Source: a virus (lineage: Duplodnaviria; Heunggongvirae; Uroviricota; Caudoviricetes). Taken from it: a stretch of DNA of 14,644 nucleotides. Numbering within the stretch: position 1 is the first letter of the stretch; each line of letters begins with the position of its first letter. Of the stretch, positions 14,067 to 14,644 are shown one piece after another. The stretch covers positions 1-14,644 of IMG/VR virus record IMGVR_UViG_2681813318_000007; one strand, written 5' to 3'. The notes beneath the pieces are model-generated. The model made no database searches, had not been told where the DNA came from, and worked only from the letters and a program-made list of their open reading frames with translations. The position numbers were made by a program, and so were the translations under genes.

Positions 14067-14569
14067 AAATTAATCCGGATCTTATAGGCGTTGTCGTTAT
14101 TGCTGGCCTTTCGGTCGCTCTCGTCAAGAGTTGCTCTCACGCCAGTAATCTTCAGAGCGATAACGACGTTCTGCGAAGTGACAACTCTATGCTGGGGCAG
14201 GTAATCGCCACCCAGGCATTCAACTTCAATCGATTCAATCAGGTTGCAGAACATGCCAACAGTCTTAACTCCCTGATCGACACCAGCACCGAAAAAACCG
14301 TAATCGAATACCGGGAGATTCTCCGCCGTGAAAAAACCTGTGATCTGCCTGTTCCTGCTGATATCGCTGGTGGGTTGCTCGAATACACGTACCGTTTACG
14401 TGCCAGCGCCATGCACACCGATACCGGCAGACCTAATGAAGCCTATGATCGTACCGCTACCACCAGCTCAATGACCTACTGCCAAGCTGTCTTGTGGATT
14501 AAGCCGCTACTGGCGTTGATAGAAAAAGGAAATAATAATTTTTCGAGTATTCGTAACCGGCTCATTTAA
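14063..14569 (+). CDS. Rz: Rz i-spanin
   Basis: ATGA overlap with the endolysin stop. N-terminal transmembrane segment MKINPDLIGVVVIAGLSVALV followed by a helical periplasmic domain. The track start at 13970 is an upstream extension. Confidence 0.85.
   Translation: MKINPDLIGVVVIAGLSVALVKSCSHASNLQSDNDVLRSDNSMLGQVIATQAFNFNRFNQVAEHANSLNSLIDTSTEKTVIEYREILRREKTCDLPVPADIAGGLLEYTYRLRASAMHTDTGRPNEAYDRTATTSSMTYCQAVLWIKPLLALIEKGNNNFSSIRNRLI
14328..14474 (+). CDS. Rz1: Rz1 o-spanin lipoprotein embedded in the +1 frame of Rz
   Basis: GTG start with a GGGAGA Shine-Dalgarno. Translation MKKPVICLFLLISLVGCSNTRTVYVPAPCTPIPADLMKPMIVPLPPAQ has lipobox LVGC and is proline-rich; it lies entirely within Rz. Confidence 0.75.
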   Translation: MKKPVICLFLLISLVGCSNTRTVYVPAPCTPIPADLMKPMIVPLPPAQ

Positions 14570-14644
14570 ACCGTCTGGTCTGTTTCCTCCGGCTCTACAA
14601 AAATAATGTCCATCATTTTTAATGGACACTATCGTATGAAACAC

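Noticed and set aside
13460-14254. Minus-strand ORFs 13460..13798, 13801..14127, 13842..14063 and 14027..14254
   Set aside because: Antisense to the SAR endolysin and Rz, which are supported by catalytic and topological motifs.
1-14644. CRISPR arrays, insertion sequences, integrase or attachment sites
   Set aside because: No spacer-repeat array, transposase-like ORF, terminal inverted repeats or integrase gene is visible; the only structured repeats are the replication iterons and operator palindromes.

Overview
The window reads as a lambdoid prophage segment of the E. coli Qin/Rac and Stx-phage type, running left to right from the end of the early-left operon to the lysis cassette. All calls are from reading the sequence and recalled protein families; nothing was searched or computed. 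Order: ydfC/ydfB/ydfA-like genes (minus strand), a DicA-family repressor with divergent YdaS-like Cro and YdaT-like genes, a replication initiator carrying two GTCACG iteron clusters, and a nin-type region. The nin region holds an AT-rich-flanked insertion: a 932-aa single-gene candidate antiphage protein (Cap4/DUF4297-like nuclease N-terminus, P-loop STAND-type NTPase, helical C-terminal region, terminal SEC-C zinc motif) followed by a complete hok/mok type I toxin locus. Then come a DUF968 protein, rusA, a QuuQ-like antiterminator Q, a late promoter and terminator, and tRNA(CAU) and tRNA-Arg(UCU). The AT-rich insertion after the tRNAs carries two tandem lipoproteins with a TolA C-terminal-like domain. 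The lysis cassette is phage-21-like (dual-start pinholin, SAR endolysin, Rz with embedded Rz1), with a YdfR-like gene and a convergent antisense small ORF between holin and endolysin. The most interesting items are the STAND-like defense candidate and the TolA-like lipoprotein pair.
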